This document shows, in pieces, positions 46,365 through 56,276 of a DNA stretch of 64,000 nt (positions are counted from its first letter, which is position 1; each line of letters begins with the position of its first letter). Below the pieces are notes generated by a model that made no database searches, was not told the DNA's origin, and worked only from the letters and a program-made list of their open reading frames with translations. Origin of the DNA: an uncultured Chloroflexia bacterium (GTDB taxonomy: Bacteria; Chloroflexota; Anaerolineae; Anaerolineales; UBA4823); contig CAWEKR010000005.1 in the NCBI GenBank assembly GCA_963809615.1, forward strand, positions 55,865 to 119,864, read 5' to 3'. A program made the position numbers and the translations under genes.

Positions 46365-47687
46365 TCATCCAAACAAGCGCGGCAGACCGCGCATGCCAGA
46401 TTTCTTAATGTTCTTGAACAGCTTCTGTGCTTCCCGGAACTGCTTGATCAGCCGGTTCACATCCTGCACTTCGGTACCAGAACCGCTGGCAATGCGCCGG
46501 CGGCGGCTGGCGTTGAGCACGTCAGGGCGGCGCCTCTCGCGAACGGTCATCGAGCTGATGATGGCCTCGGTCATCTTTAGCTGTTTTTCGGCGTCTTTCG
46601 GGTCGATCTGGCGTGCCATCTGACCCATACCACCGGGAAGCATCTCCAATACCTGGGCTATCGGTCCCATCTTGCGCACCTGCCTGAGCTGGTTGGCAAA
46701 ATCCTCCAAGGAGAACTCGCCGGCGAACATTCGCTCAGCATCTTTTTGGGCCTGTTCCTGGTCAAAGGCAGCTTCGGCTTTCTCGATCAGCCCGAGCACA
46801 TCGCCCATCCCCAGGATGCGGGAAGCCAACCTGGAGGGGTCAAAGACTTCCATGGCATCCATGGCTTCACCCGTGCCGATGTACTTGATCGGTACACCGG
46901 TTACCGAGCGAATGGAGATGGCGGCTCCACCGCGCGCATCGCCGTCCATCTTGGTCAGGATCAGACCAGTGAGCGGGATGGCATCACGGAAACCCTTGGC
47001 GATATTCACGGCTTCCTGACCGATCATTGAGTCCACCACCAATAAAGTCTCGACCGGATGGACTTTCCGACTGATGGCGGTCAGCTCATCCATGAGAGCA
47101 GAATCAAGCTGCGAACGACCGGCAGTATCCAGAATTAGAACTGTATTACCGCCTTTTTGCCCTTTATCCTGGGCGTGTCCAACCAGGTCAGGTGGCTTGA
47201 TGCCAGGCTCAAAATATACCGGGACGCCCAGCTGATCACCCAGAGTTTCCAACTGTTTGACCGCCGCCGGCCGGTAAGGGTCGGCTGCCACTAATAACAC
47301 CCGCTCACCCTGTGAGCGAAGCAAGCGGGCCAGCTTTCCGGCTGCGGTGGTTTTGCCAGAGCCCTGGAGACCAACCAGCATGATGATGAATGGTCGCGGA
47401 CCGGTCAGATTGAGGCGCTCGGGAGTGCCGAGGGTGTTGATCAATTCCTCGTTGACGATCTTGACCACCATCTGGGCTGGGTTGAGGGCGCGGGATACTT
47501 CAGCACCGACCGAGCGCTCGCGCACCCGGGCGATGAAATCCTTTACCACGCCATAGTTGACGTCAGCTTCCAGCAAGGCCAGGCGCACTTCACGCATGGC
47601 GATATCAACATCAGCCGCCGAGAGTTTTCCACGGCGGCGTAATTGCGTGAATACATTATTCAATCGTTCGGTCAGGTTCTCAAACAC
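46365..47687 (-). CDS. ffh: signal recognition particle protein Ffh
   Basis: GTG start (MFENLTERL). GLQGSGKTT P-loop, DTAGR, TKMDGDARGGAA, and a Met-rich M domain. Confidence 0.97.
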   Translation of the reverse strand: MFENLTERLNNVFTQLRRRGKLSAADVDIAMREVRLALLEADVNYGVVKDFIARVRERSVGAEVSRALNPAQMVVKIVNEELINTLGTPERLNLTGPRPFIIMLVGLQGSGKTTAAGKLARLLRSQGERVLLVAADPYRPAAVKQLETLGDQLGVPVYFEPGIKPPDLVGHAQDKGQKGGNTVLILDTAGRSQLDSALMDELTAISRKVHPVETLLVVDSMIGQEAVNIAKGFRDAIPLTGLILTKMDGDARGGAAISIRSVTGVPIKYIGTGEAMDAMEVFDPSRLASRILGMGDVLGLIEKAEAAFDQEQAQKDAERMFAGEFSLEDFANQLRQVRKMGPIAQVLEMLPGGMGQMARQIDPKDAEKQLKMTEAIISSMTVRERRRPDVLNASRRRRIASGSGTEVQDVNRLIKQFREAQKLFKNIKKSGMRGLPRLFG

Positions 47688-47905
47688 AGGACTGCATTTT
47701 AGCGTGTAAGTTTGGAATGGTCAAGAGTAGATAATGAAGAGAGCCCAGCCGATACAGGCAGAATTTCGGGCATAACTGGGCTGGCAACAATGAAACGCAA
47801 CTTTAAGCCTGCTGGTGGGTTATACCATAATTAGATAAATATTACCTTGTCAAGATTATTAATTTAATCTAAAAAGATCCATACCCGCTCCGAGGAGATG
47901 CATTA

Positions 47906-48757
47906 ATGTCGAAAATAGCGCTCGTCACCGACAGCACCAGTTATATTCCCAAAGACCTGATCGATAAGTATGAAATATCCGTCGCGCCTCAAATTTTAAT
48001 TTGGGGGAAAGAGAGTTACGAAGACGGGGTGGATATATTGCCATCTGAATTTTATACCAAGCTGCAAAAAGCTACGGTCATGCCGTCCAGTTCCCAGGTT
48101 ACTGTGACAAAATTCCAAGAAATATTTCAACGTTTGCTCGAGCAAGAATACCAGGTACTGGCCATCCTCCTTGCCGAGAAGTTATCCGGGACGATTAACT
48201 CGGCTGTACAAGCAAAAGCCATGCTGCCCGCGGGTGCACCCATAGAAATTTTCGATTCAAATACTACCGCCATGGCATTGGGATTTCATGTGCTGACCGT
48301 TGCCCGGGCGATCAAGCAAGGCGCCACAATGACCGAATGTTTAAAGCTGGCCCAAGAAGCCACCAAGCATACAGGCATTTTCTTTGCTGTAGATACGCTT
48401 GAGTTCTTACATCGCGGTGGACGGATAGGTACTGGCAGTCGATTTCTTGGCACTGCATTGAATATCAAACCAATTTTGGAAGTACGAGATGGTGCCGTTG
48501 AAGCAGTGGAACGCGTGAGGACCCGAAGGAAGTCACTCAGCCGGATCATCCAGCTGGTGGAAGAGCATGTGGCTGGACGCACACCAGTCCGCCTGGCAAC
48601 CCTGCATGCCAATTCACCCGAAGATGCACGCATCGTACTTGATGAAGCAAACAAAAAATTAAACGCAATCGAGAGCATTTTTTCGGAAGTAAGCCCCGTG
48701 ATTGGGACTCATGCCGGACCTGGAACCGTGGGTTTGGCTTTCATGGCAGGTATGTAA
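47906..48757 (+). CDS. DegV-family fatty-acid-binding protein
   Basis: IALVTDSTSYIP N-terminus and typical DegV length and pattern. GAGGAG lies upstream. Confidence 0.9.
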   Translation: MSKIALVTDSTSYIPKDLIDKYEISVAPQILIWGKESYEDGVDILPSEFYTKLQKATVMPSSSQVTVTKFQEIFQRLLEQEYQVLAILLAEKLSGTINSAVQAKAMLPAGAPIEIFDSNTTAMALGFHVLTVARAIKQGATMTECLKLAQEATKHTGIFFAVDTLEFLHRGGRIGTGSRFLGTALNIKPILEVRDGAVEAVERVRTRRKSLSRIIQLVEEHVAGRTPVRLATLHANSPEDARIVLDEANKKLNAIESIFSEVSPVIGTHAGPGTVGLAFMAGM

Positions 48758-48773
48758 ACCACAAGGTCAATCC

Positions 48774-48806
48774 AAAACCGCGGGTGTTCACACCCGCGGT
48801 TTTTTT
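48774..48806 (+). terminator. intrinsic terminator of degV
   Basis: AAAACCGCGGGTG-TTCA-CACCCGCGG followed by TTTTTTT. Confidence 0.85.
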
Positions 48807-48904
48807 ATTCGGAGTTACAGATACGATGATCAGCAGGCAGCCAGGAATGGCCTGAAGGACTGCTGGTACAATTAAGTTCATCTCATCTGCAGCCAGGAGG
48901 TGCC

Positions 48905-50221
48905 ATGAAAACCTACTCCAACATCGCCGTCCAGGTGCCTGATATTTATCTACCACGCAAAGGCGTCGAGCTCAATAAATGGGCGGTGATTGCCTGCGAC
49001 CAATTCACTTCTCAGCCTGAATATTGGCACAGGGTGGAGGAAATCATCGGGGATGCGCCTTCCACGCTGAATATGATCTTCCCGGAGGTATACCTCGACC
49101 AGCCGGGCGGGGATGACCGCATCCAGCGGATACAGTCCAGCATGCAGGATTATTTATCGAGGGAGCTGCTCGCACCTTATGCGGGCATGGTATATGTCGA
49201 AAGGCAGGTGGGGGGTAGACTGCGCCGGGGCATCGTGCTGGCATTGGACCTGGAGCATTACGACTATAACATGGGTTCGCGCTCACTTATCCGTGCCACA
49301 GAAGGGACGATCGTTGAACGTCTGCCGCCCAGGATGCGCATCCGGGAAGGTGCAAAGCTCGAGCTGCCGCACATCCTGGTGCTGATTGATGACCCGGATT
49401 GTACGGTGATAGAACCGGTGAGCAAGGCGATAGCCCAGCTAACGGAATTGTATGATTTTGAGCTGATGGCTGGTTCGGGACACTTGAAGGGCTACCTGGT
49501 AAACAACCCGTCGCTTGAATCGGGTATTATTGCGGCGCTGGAGCAGCTGGCGGACCCGCAGACTTTCGCACCCAAGTATGGTGCTGGAAAGGAAGAACCC
49601 GTGCTGCTGTTCGCCATGGGTGATGGCAACCACTCACTGGCAACCGCCAAGGCTATCTGGGAAAAGAATAAATCGCGGGTGGGGATGGAGCACCCATCGC
49701 GATATGCCTTGGTGGAAATCGAGAATGTGCACGATGATGGGCTGGCTTTCACTCCCATCCACAGGGTGGTCTTCAATCATAAACAAGACCTCCTCAGCGC
49801 CATGAAGATTTATTTCCAGGGGAGATGTTCCTACACACCCTGCAAAGACCAGCCCGAGATGGTAAAAAGAATCGAACAACCAGCTGGTAGTCTGCAAACC
49901 ATGGGCATGATCACAGTCGAAGGCTACGCGGTCGTGGAAATCTCCCACCCCAGCTCGAACCTGCCAGTAGGTTCCCTTCAATTATTCCTGGATGACTTTT
50001 TGAAGAATGGCGGGGCTGAAAAGATCGATTATATCCACGGCGAGGAAACGTTGATCAAGCTTGGACTGATGCCGGGAAACACGGCCTTCTACCTGCCGGG
50101 GATGGATAAGAGCGACCTGTTCAAGACGGTGATCCTGGACGGCGCCCTGCCGCGGAAGACATTTTCGATGGGAGAAGCCTACGAGAAACGCTTCTACATG
50201 GAGTGTCGCGCCATTGCCTGA
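48905..50221 (+). CDS. conserved hypothetical protein, DUF1015-like (tentative)
   Basis: 438-aa ORF with AGGAGG upstream. The GDGNHSLATAKA motif resembles the DGHHR-type motif of DUF1015. The assignment is from memory and uncertain. Confidence 0.5.
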   Translation: MKTYSNIAVQVPDIYLPRKGVELNKWAVIACDQFTSQPEYWHRVEEIIGDAPSTLNMIFPEVYLDQPGGDDRIQRIQSSMQDYLSRELLAPYAGMVYVERQVGGRLRRGIVLALDLEHYDYNMGSRSLIRATEGTIVERLPPRMRIREGAKLELPHILVLIDDPDCTVIEPVSKAIAQLTELYDFELMAGSGHLKGYLVNNPSLESGIIAALEQLADPQTFAPKYGAGKEEPVLLFAMGDGNHSLATAKAIWEKNKSRVGMEHPSRYALVEIENVHDDGLAFTPIHRVVFNHKQDLLSAMKIYFQGRCSYTPCKDQPEMVKRIEQPAGSLQTMGMITVEGYAVVEISHPSSNLPVGSLQLFLDDFLKNGGAEKIDYIHGEETLIKLGLMPGNTAFYLPGMDKSDLFKTVILDGALPRKTFSMGEAYEKRFYMECRAIA

Positions 50222-50306
50222 CGGGCTGCGGAAAGGAAGCGGCACAAACATTGAAATCTACCCAGGGTACCGCCCTTAACCGCGTAATGCCAGCATGTGA
50301 CGGATA

Positions 50307-50735
50307 TTGTTTATCAACCCGGTCCGTGTATACGATCCAATGGACATCTTTTTTCAAGACCCCAATGTAGTCAGACTGCCGCCTGAAGAAGTGCGCCTGG
50401 TTGATGTGCGGGTCACACCCCAAACGGAGGGTGGACGGGTGAAGATATACCTGGAGCTGACCCCTTTCCTCAAGCGACCGGATATCAGCCTGACCATCAC
50501 CAGCCCAGCGGGTAAAGAAGCCGCCCGTGCCACCATCCTGGAAACCATGCTGACCAAGCTGGAAGTTACCCTGCATTTGCGCGAGACCGAAAAAGGCGGC
50601 GAATACATCCTGGAAACCATCTTGTATTACCAGAAGCTGCCTCAACCTGGCGAGGTAGAGGTCGAAATCCAGTTACCAGACCCGCTGATCGTGGATCAGC
50701 GTAAGATGACGTTTGTGCTCGCTGATACGAATTAA
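50307..50735 (+). CDS. hypothetical protein
   Basis: ORF with a TTG start at 50307; ATG 50340 (MDIFFQDP) is an alternative. There is no clear SD for either and no family is recognised. Confidence 0.45.
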   Translation: MFINPVRVYDPMDIFFQDPNVVRLPPEEVRLVDVRVTPQTEGGRVKIYLELTPFLKRPDISLTITSPAGKEAARATILETMLTKLEVTLHLRETEKGGEYILETILYYQKLPQPGEVEVEIQLPDPLIVDQRKMTFVLADTN

Positions 50736-50740
50736 TACGA

Positions 50741-50769
50741 GACCGACCAGCAATCACTGCTGGTCGGTC
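50741..50769. terminator. hairpin between convergent genes
   Basis: GACCGACCAGCA-ATCAC-TGCTGGTCGGTC has a 12-bp perfect stem. U-tracts are weak on both strands. Confidence 0.55.
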
Positions 50770-50800
50770 TGGGTTACTAAGGTTTGTGGCTGAATTAAGC

Positions 50801-52570
50801 CTAGCGGCGTAGAATCGGTATGTAAGTAACAGAAGCTGCCACGATACTAGTCGCATAAAAAGATCCATTGGTATCGTATGCATTCACCGCAACCAGGGAT
50901 CCCACTTGCAAGTTCAGATCGGCGTCCATGGCTGGATCCTCGATGTATGTAACACCTTCAACGGTATATAGATCAGATCCATCGGGGGCTGCTCCCGGTT
51001 GGATGCTCTCCAGGTGGCCAAAGTTATGTAGGCGACCATAACCCGGGGCGACATGGGTGGCAATTTTAGCAGCCGTGCGCATACCGTTGCCTGCATCATA
51101 GGTAAATTTTACTTCGACAAAAGCACCGGGTGCCAAGGCGCCATGATCTTGTTCAAATACGGTGGTTGATATAGCCTCCAAGGAGACGCCGCTGACTTCC
51201 CACGTTCCGGTAAACACCCCGCCGTCCGGCATCATTTCGACAACCCCGAACAACTTAAAGCGCTCGGAGCCATCACCAGCCTGGCAATCATGGGCCTCTT
51301 CTCCTTCGAGCTGATGGAGCAGCATTACGCCACCAGCAGGATCGTACTTGGTTTCTACGCAATCACCTACGACCAGGTTACCGCTGTGCTCCTCAAAATG
51401 TGTCGCCTCGGTCGCGGTAAATGGTACACCCGCGAAGGTCCAGGTGCCAGTCAAAGTGTCTGTCGGCGGCCTCATCTCAATCGTGGCGACCAGCTTGCTC
51501 AGACTCGGTATCACGATCGGGCCGCATTGATGTCCCTCTTTCACACTGACCTCGACGGCATGGTTAACTCCATCCAGTGTGTAATACTTGACTTTAACAC
51601 ATGTGCCGATATTGATATCGTGGTGTCGGTCTTTAAAATGGGTGGATGGGTCGGTCATGAACATAAAAGTGGTGTCATTTGTGGGGCTGATGACCCACGT
51701 CCCAAAAAGTTCGGGCGGGAAGCTTACCACAGAGCCATAGACCTGGTTGAATGCGATCGATCCTAAGCAATGGTAAGCCCACTCGCTCCCAATTTCCTCA
51801 GCCATATTTTGCCCACCGACCACACGATATTCTACTTTCGCGCAAGCTCCGACAACCAGTGGGCCGTGCTCGGTATTAAACTCGGTCTCGGGTGTGCTGA
51901 TAAATTCAAGGCCGCTGATCACCCAGGTACTGGTGATGGTCGAAGTGTAGGCTTCTGGCACTACTTCGATAAAGCCATTGAAATGTTCTTCACCTTCTCC
52001 ACCACATTCTTCTGATTCAGTGGTTGCGATTTCAACTGCCTCGCGTGTATCAGATACATATTTCACCTCAACACAACCACCCACAAAAAATGGACCTTCC
52101 TCCTGCTCAAAGCGGGTGTTGGTCGTTGCGGTATAGGTTGTCGTTCCAACCACCCACTCGCCAACCAGGTCTACTGGGAAAGTGATAACAACCCCACTGG
52201 CTTCGCTCAACGGATCATGATGAGAACCGCACTTATAATCATATTCGGTCTCAATCTTGAGCGCCTGATTTCCTCCACCTGGGTCGTTACCAGTGTATAC
52301 GATGCCGACGCATGCCCCAGCTGCGAAAGGCCCATGATGCTCATTAAACTCTGTGGACTCATCCGCAGTATATGAGATACCATCGACGATCCACTCCCCT
52401 ATTAGCTGATCGGGAAAACTTTCGATCTTTCCATAGACCTGTTCCCCCTCATGGTGATGCAGGATCAAGCTCTGTAGCTGGCTGGCTTTTGCTGGGATGA
52501 CAAGCATTATCGTTGTGATGAATACCCCCAAGAGCACAGGCAGCAATACTAGAAACATCTTTTTCTTCAT
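50801..52570 (-). CDS. secreted protein with seven DUF5666-like repeats
   Basis: Signal peptide MKKKMFLVLLPVLLGVFITTIMLVIPAKA with GGAGG upstream. A repeated module (L/F)xG(T/E)Wx(V/I)xG...T.F......G.......G.CV.VKY occurs about 7 times, with Cys-containing linkers between modules. Confidence 0.8.
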   Translation of the reverse strand: MKKKMFLVLLPVLLGVFITTIMLVIPAKASQLQSLILHHHEGEQVYGKIESFPDQLIGEWIVDGISYTADESTEFNEHHGPFAAGACVGIVYTGNDPGGGNQALKIETEYDYKCGSHHDPLSEASGVVITFPVDLVGEWVVGTTTYTATTNTRFEQEEGPFFVGGCVEVKYVSDTREAVEIATTESEECGGEGEEHFNGFIEVVPEAYTSTITSTWVISGLEFISTPETEFNTEHGPLVVGACAKVEYRVVGGQNMAEEIGSEWAYHCLGSIAFNQVYGSVVSFPPELFGTWVISPTNDTTFMFMTDPSTHFKDRHHDINIGTCVKVKYYTLDGVNHAVEVSVKEGHQCGPIVIPSLSKLVATIEMRPPTDTLTGTWTFAGVPFTATEATHFEEHSGNLVVGDCVETKYDPAGGVMLLHQLEGEEAHDCQAGDGSERFKLFGVVEMMPDGGVFTGTWEVSGVSLEAISTTVFEQDHGALAPGAFVEVKFTYDAGNGMRTAAKIATHVAPGYGRLHNFGHLESIQPGAAPDGSDLYTVEGVTYIEDPAMDADLNLQVGSLVAVNAYDTNGSFYATSIVAASVTYIPILRR

Positions 52571-52933
52571 AATCGTACCTCCTTAGATGAAAGTTAGATT
52601 GGATGGAAATGTTCTATTGCTTGCGCGTAAATATGGATTACATCGTACTTAAGTCAGGAGCCTCTAAAAATAAAGACGGTATAAATGCCAAAAAGTTACG
52701 GGTAAATGCAAATCAAATTTTAAATTATGGAGGATTGTGAAAATAATCTTGCCATAAATTGTTATAATACTGGATATGAGTATCGTCCAGCAAAACTCGC
52801 TTATCGGGAGGGTAGTTAAAGCAGGACCACATTACCAACTTTGCAGAGTAAGGCCGGGTAAGCTTGAAGTAGCCAGAAATGTCTTGCCTGCGCACATTTC
52901 TTGCATCGGGTACAATAAACCAAGATATCAATC

Positions 52934-54988
52934 ATGACCGTACCATCTGAAACCTCAGGCGAATCCCGTTCATCCCGCGCCCGGAACCGGCGGGTTGGAT
53001 GGACAATACGCATTACTCCGTTCGGGATAATGCTGCTGGTGGTTTTCAATCTGCTCGTGCTGAGCGCTCTGACGATTGGGATTGCGCAATTCTTGCAAAT
53101 TCCTAACCTGCCGTGGCAGATCAGCCAGGTTATTCCTTCGGACACCCCCTACATAGAAAAAACGCCAACCGATAATACGCCTACGCTGACATGGACACCC
53201 GTTCCATCCGATTCTCCAACAGCCAGACCTTCAGAGACATCCACGCCTGAACCCGCAACCGCCAGCCCTCAACCCATCAGCACGCTGACCCTCAACCAGG
53301 GATTAATCCTTCTCGCGCTGGATGAGGGCGGGAATACCCATCTATTTGCCTACCAACCACAAGAAAGTGGGGTCGGGCAACCGCTGCCATTAACCCGCCT
53401 GTCCTCCGGGCCGTGGGATGATATCAACCCGGCGATCAGTCCGGATGGACAGACGGTGGCGTTTGCTTCCGACCGCAGCGGGTATTGGGATATCTACTTG
53501 CTGGACCTGGATAGCGGAGGGATCACACGCCTGACAGATACATTGACTTACGATGCTTCTCCGGCATGGTCACCGGATAGTAAATGGCTGGTTTATGAAA
53601 CATACATCGATGACAACCTGGAGATTAAAATCCAATCGGTGGTAACACCTGAGGATAGTATCATGCTGACCGACAGCCCGGCGGCAGATTTCAGCCCGGT
53701 TTGGTCTCCCCAAGGCAGGCAGATTGCGTTTGCATCGGATCAAAGTGGAGAGAACGAGATTTGGCTGGCAGATTTGGATAAGGCCGAGGAACAGCGATTC
53801 CAGAATATAAGCCAAAGCCCCGATAGCGCTGATACCCATCCAGTCTGGTCACCGGATGGAAAATCGCTCGTATGGGTTGGTGAGCAGGATGGCATACGCA
53901 GCATCTTCCGTCAGGAACTGCCATCGGTTGAAAACACCAACACACTTCAGACCACGCCTGGACGCGAAAACCTGGGAAGCGGCGATTGGCCTGTCTGGAG
54001 CACCGATGGAGAATCGATTTTAACAATCTTACAAGCTCCCAACCACACCTATCTGACTGCTTATCCCGTCCATTACCCAGGGCTGGTATTTCCAACCATC
54101 GAGCTGCCAGGGCCGGTGAATGGATTGTCCTGGGGAAATATCGCCCTGAGCTCATCTTTTCAAACCATATACCAACAGGCTGTCCAGCTCACTCCAACTC
54201 CACTGTACTACCCGACTTTGATGAAACTTCCCGAGGAGAATGGAGGAAGGTATCAGCTGGTCTCACTCAATGGGGTGACCGCTCCGAACCCTGTCCTGCA
54301 TGATATGGTCGATGAGAGCTTCCAGGCATTACGCTCCCGGATTGCCAGTGATACAGGTTGGGATTTCCTGTCCAGGATTGAAAATGCATACGTCCCGATC
54401 ACATCGCCGTTGGATCCCGGAATGGGGAATGACTGGCTCTACACCGGGCGGGCATTCGCCCTTGATACCATCCCCATGGATGCAGAGTATCTGGTAGCCG
54501 TCAGAGAGAACTACGGAGCTGAAACCTACTGGCGGGTCTATGTTAAGGCGCTCTACCAAGACGGCTCGACGGGGGTGCCGCTGCATAACCTGCCCTGGGA
54601 TTTCGCTTCACGGCACAATGGAGACACCTCAACTTACGAACAGGGAGGACAACAAGCAACAGCAATCCCACCTGGATACTGGATCGATTTCACCGAACGA
54701 GCTCATGCATACGGATGGGAACGATTGTCGGCTCTACCCACCTGGAGAGACTCTTCTCCGGCGGCAAGGTTCAATGAATTCGTTTCAAGTGGAGGCAAAG
54801 ACTGGCAGACAGCCATGCTTGAGCTTTACCCGCCGGAAGTCATGATCACCCCTTCCCCGGTCATGCCGCCGACACGGACGCCTACAGTTACCTTACGCTG
54901 GTATGTTTCGCCCACGCCCACCCTCACACCGTCTGCACGCCCGACTTTTACCCCTGTTCCGACTGCCAGCTCGACCCCAGGCGGCTAG
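52934..54988 (+). CDS. membrane-anchored TolB-like beta-propeller protein with unknown C-terminal domain
   Basis: N-terminal TM anchor, a Pro/Thr/Ser linker, and PD40/WD40-like repeats (SPDGQTVAFASDRSGYWDIYLLDL, SPDSKWLVYE, SPQGRQIAFASDQSGENEIWLADL, SPDGKSLVWVGEQDG). It ends with a roughly 250-aa C-terminal domain and a P/T-rich tail. Confidence 0.8.
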   Translation: MTVPSETSGESRSSRARNRRVGWTIRITPFGIMLLVVFNLLVLSALTIGIAQFLQIPNLPWQISQVIPSDTPYIEKTPTDNTPTLTWTPVPSDSPTARPSETSTPEPATASPQPISTLTLNQGLILLALDEGGNTHLFAYQPQESGVGQPLPLTRLSSGPWDDINPAISPDGQTVAFASDRSGYWDIYLLDLDSGGITRLTDTLTYDASPAWSPDSKWLVYETYIDDNLEIKIQSVVTPEDSIMLTDSPAADFSPVWSPQGRQIAFASDQSGENEIWLADLDKAEEQRFQNISQSPDSADTHPVWSPDGKSLVWVGEQDGIRSIFRQELPSVENTNTLQTTPGRENLGSGDWPVWSTDGESILTILQAPNHTYLTAYPVHYPGLVFPTIELPGPVNGLSWGNIALSSSFQTIYQQAVQLTPTPLYYPTLMKLPEENGGRYQLVSLNGVTAPNPVLHDMVDESFQALRSRIASDTGWDFLSRIENAYVPITSPLDPGMGNDWLYTGRAFALDTIPMDAEYLVAVRENYGAETYWRVYVKALYQDGSTGVPLHNLPWDFASRHNGDTSTYEQGGQQATAIPPGYWIDFTERAHAYGWERLSALPTWRDSSPAARFNEFVSSGGKDWQTAMLELYPPEVMITPSPVMPPTRTPTVTLRWYVSPTPTLTPSARPTFTPVPTASSTPGG

Positions 54989-55019
54989 ATTGGATACGCG
55001 TCTCATTGGTAGAACCCTA

Positions 55020-56219
55020 ATGCAGGCACACGGAAGACTGATCCAACTGCTTCTTTGGGGGTTGAGACGATCAGTAAGCCTGTCATCCCCAATCGCCCTG
55101 GCGATTATCTTGACCGCATGCCAGCCTGCGCGGCCAACATATATCGTCCCGCCTCTATATCCAACTTACCCATCCACAGTGGAAGTCTCCGCAAACCCAA
55201 CCGAGGCTGCCACTCCTACATCATTGCAACCCGCGTACACACCGGCAGTTCCAGCACCCACCCTCTCACCTACCGACGACGCTGCCGATCCTGTTACTAC
55301 CGGCGTACCGGCAAGCTTAGCCTTTGGTGACGCAACCCAAGAGCCTATACCGATCGCCTCGTGGAGACCTCCGCTTTACCCCGACCCGTGGGCACCCACG
55401 CTCTATGACCATTTTTATTTCTCCCGCCCGATCGCGGCAAACGAAGTGAATACACTGGTTTCGGATTATCGCTACGGGGGCGTGATTTTCGATAATGTTG
55501 TGCATACAGGCGTGGATATACCCGCCCCGAAAGGCACCCCAATTCTGGCTGCCGGCCCGGGTATCGTCATGTGGGCTGGGTATGGGGTGTTTGAAGGCGG
55601 ATATGACCCGCGCGATCCGTACGGCTTGGCAGTGACGATCCGGCATGATTTTGGCTACCAGAACCGGGCGCTGTACACCATCTACGGACATATGCAAGAA
55701 ACCAATGTGGTCATAGGACAACATGTGGAGACCGGAGATCTACTCGGTCTGGTGGGGGAGACGGGCAGAGTCACCGGACCCCACCTGCACTTTGAAGTGC
55801 GCATCGATGAAAATAATTTTTTCACCACCCGCAACCCAGAGCTATGGCTCGTACCGCCGATTGGCTGGGGCATCATTGCCGGACGAATGATGGACACAGC
55901 CAGTCAGCCGATCTACGACCAACAGCTCATCATCACCGACCCACTGAACCAGCAAAATTTGTTTGCCTGGTCCTATGGCAAGACTTCAGTCAACAGCGAC
56001 CCTTATTACCAGGAGAACCTGGTGATCGGTGATCTACCGGCGGGAAAATACCTGCTTCGAACCGCCTTTGGGGGGATGAACTTCAGCATTCCGATTGAGG
56101 TTTACCCCGGAGTGGTTAATTACTTCAGCTTCCGCGGGTACAGTGGTTTTTCAGTTGAACCTCCACCGGCGCCAGGAGCCGAGTTCACCCCAGCCCCAAT
56201 TGGAGCTGTAATCCCTTGA
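55020..56219 (+). CDS. M23-family metallopeptidase (probable lipoprotein or membrane-anchored)
   Basis: I chose ATG 55020 (MQAHGRL...AIILTAC) because the track start at 54903 overlaps the previous gene. HTGVDIPAPKGTPILAAGPG and GPHLHFEVR motifs are present. Confidence 0.88.
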   Translation: MQAHGRLIQLLLWGLRRSVSLSSPIALAIILTACQPARPTYIVPPLYPTYPSTVEVSANPTEAATPTSLQPAYTPAVPAPTLSPTDDAADPVTTGVPASLAFGDATQEPIPIASWRPPLYPDPWAPTLYDHFYFSRPIAANEVNTLVSDYRYGGVIFDNVVHTGVDIPAPKGTPILAAGPGIVMWAGYGVFEGGYDPRDPYGLAVTIRHDFGYQNRALYTIYGHMQETNVVIGQHVETGDLLGLVGETGRVTGPHLHFEVRIDENNFFTTRNPELWLVPPIGWGIIAGRMMDTASQPIYDQQLIITDPLNQQNLFAWSYGKTSVNSDPYYQENLVIGDLPAGKYLLRTAFGGMNFSIPIEVYPGVVNYFSFRGYSGFSVEPPPAPGAEFTPAPIGAVIP

Positions 56220-56276
56220 CACCTCGAACATATGTGCTAAACTATCAGCATAACCCGAAGATTAGGAGCTTCCGTC

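Noticed and set aside
52571-52933. Small ORFs (52725-52931 and 52816-53145, minus strand) in the divergent intergenic region between the repeat protein and the TolB-like gene.
   Set aside because: There is no RBS, the composition is AT-rich and promoter-like, and one ORF overlaps the well-supported TolB-like start. The region more plausibly holds divergent promoters, for example a TGTTATAAT extended -10 at 52760-52768.
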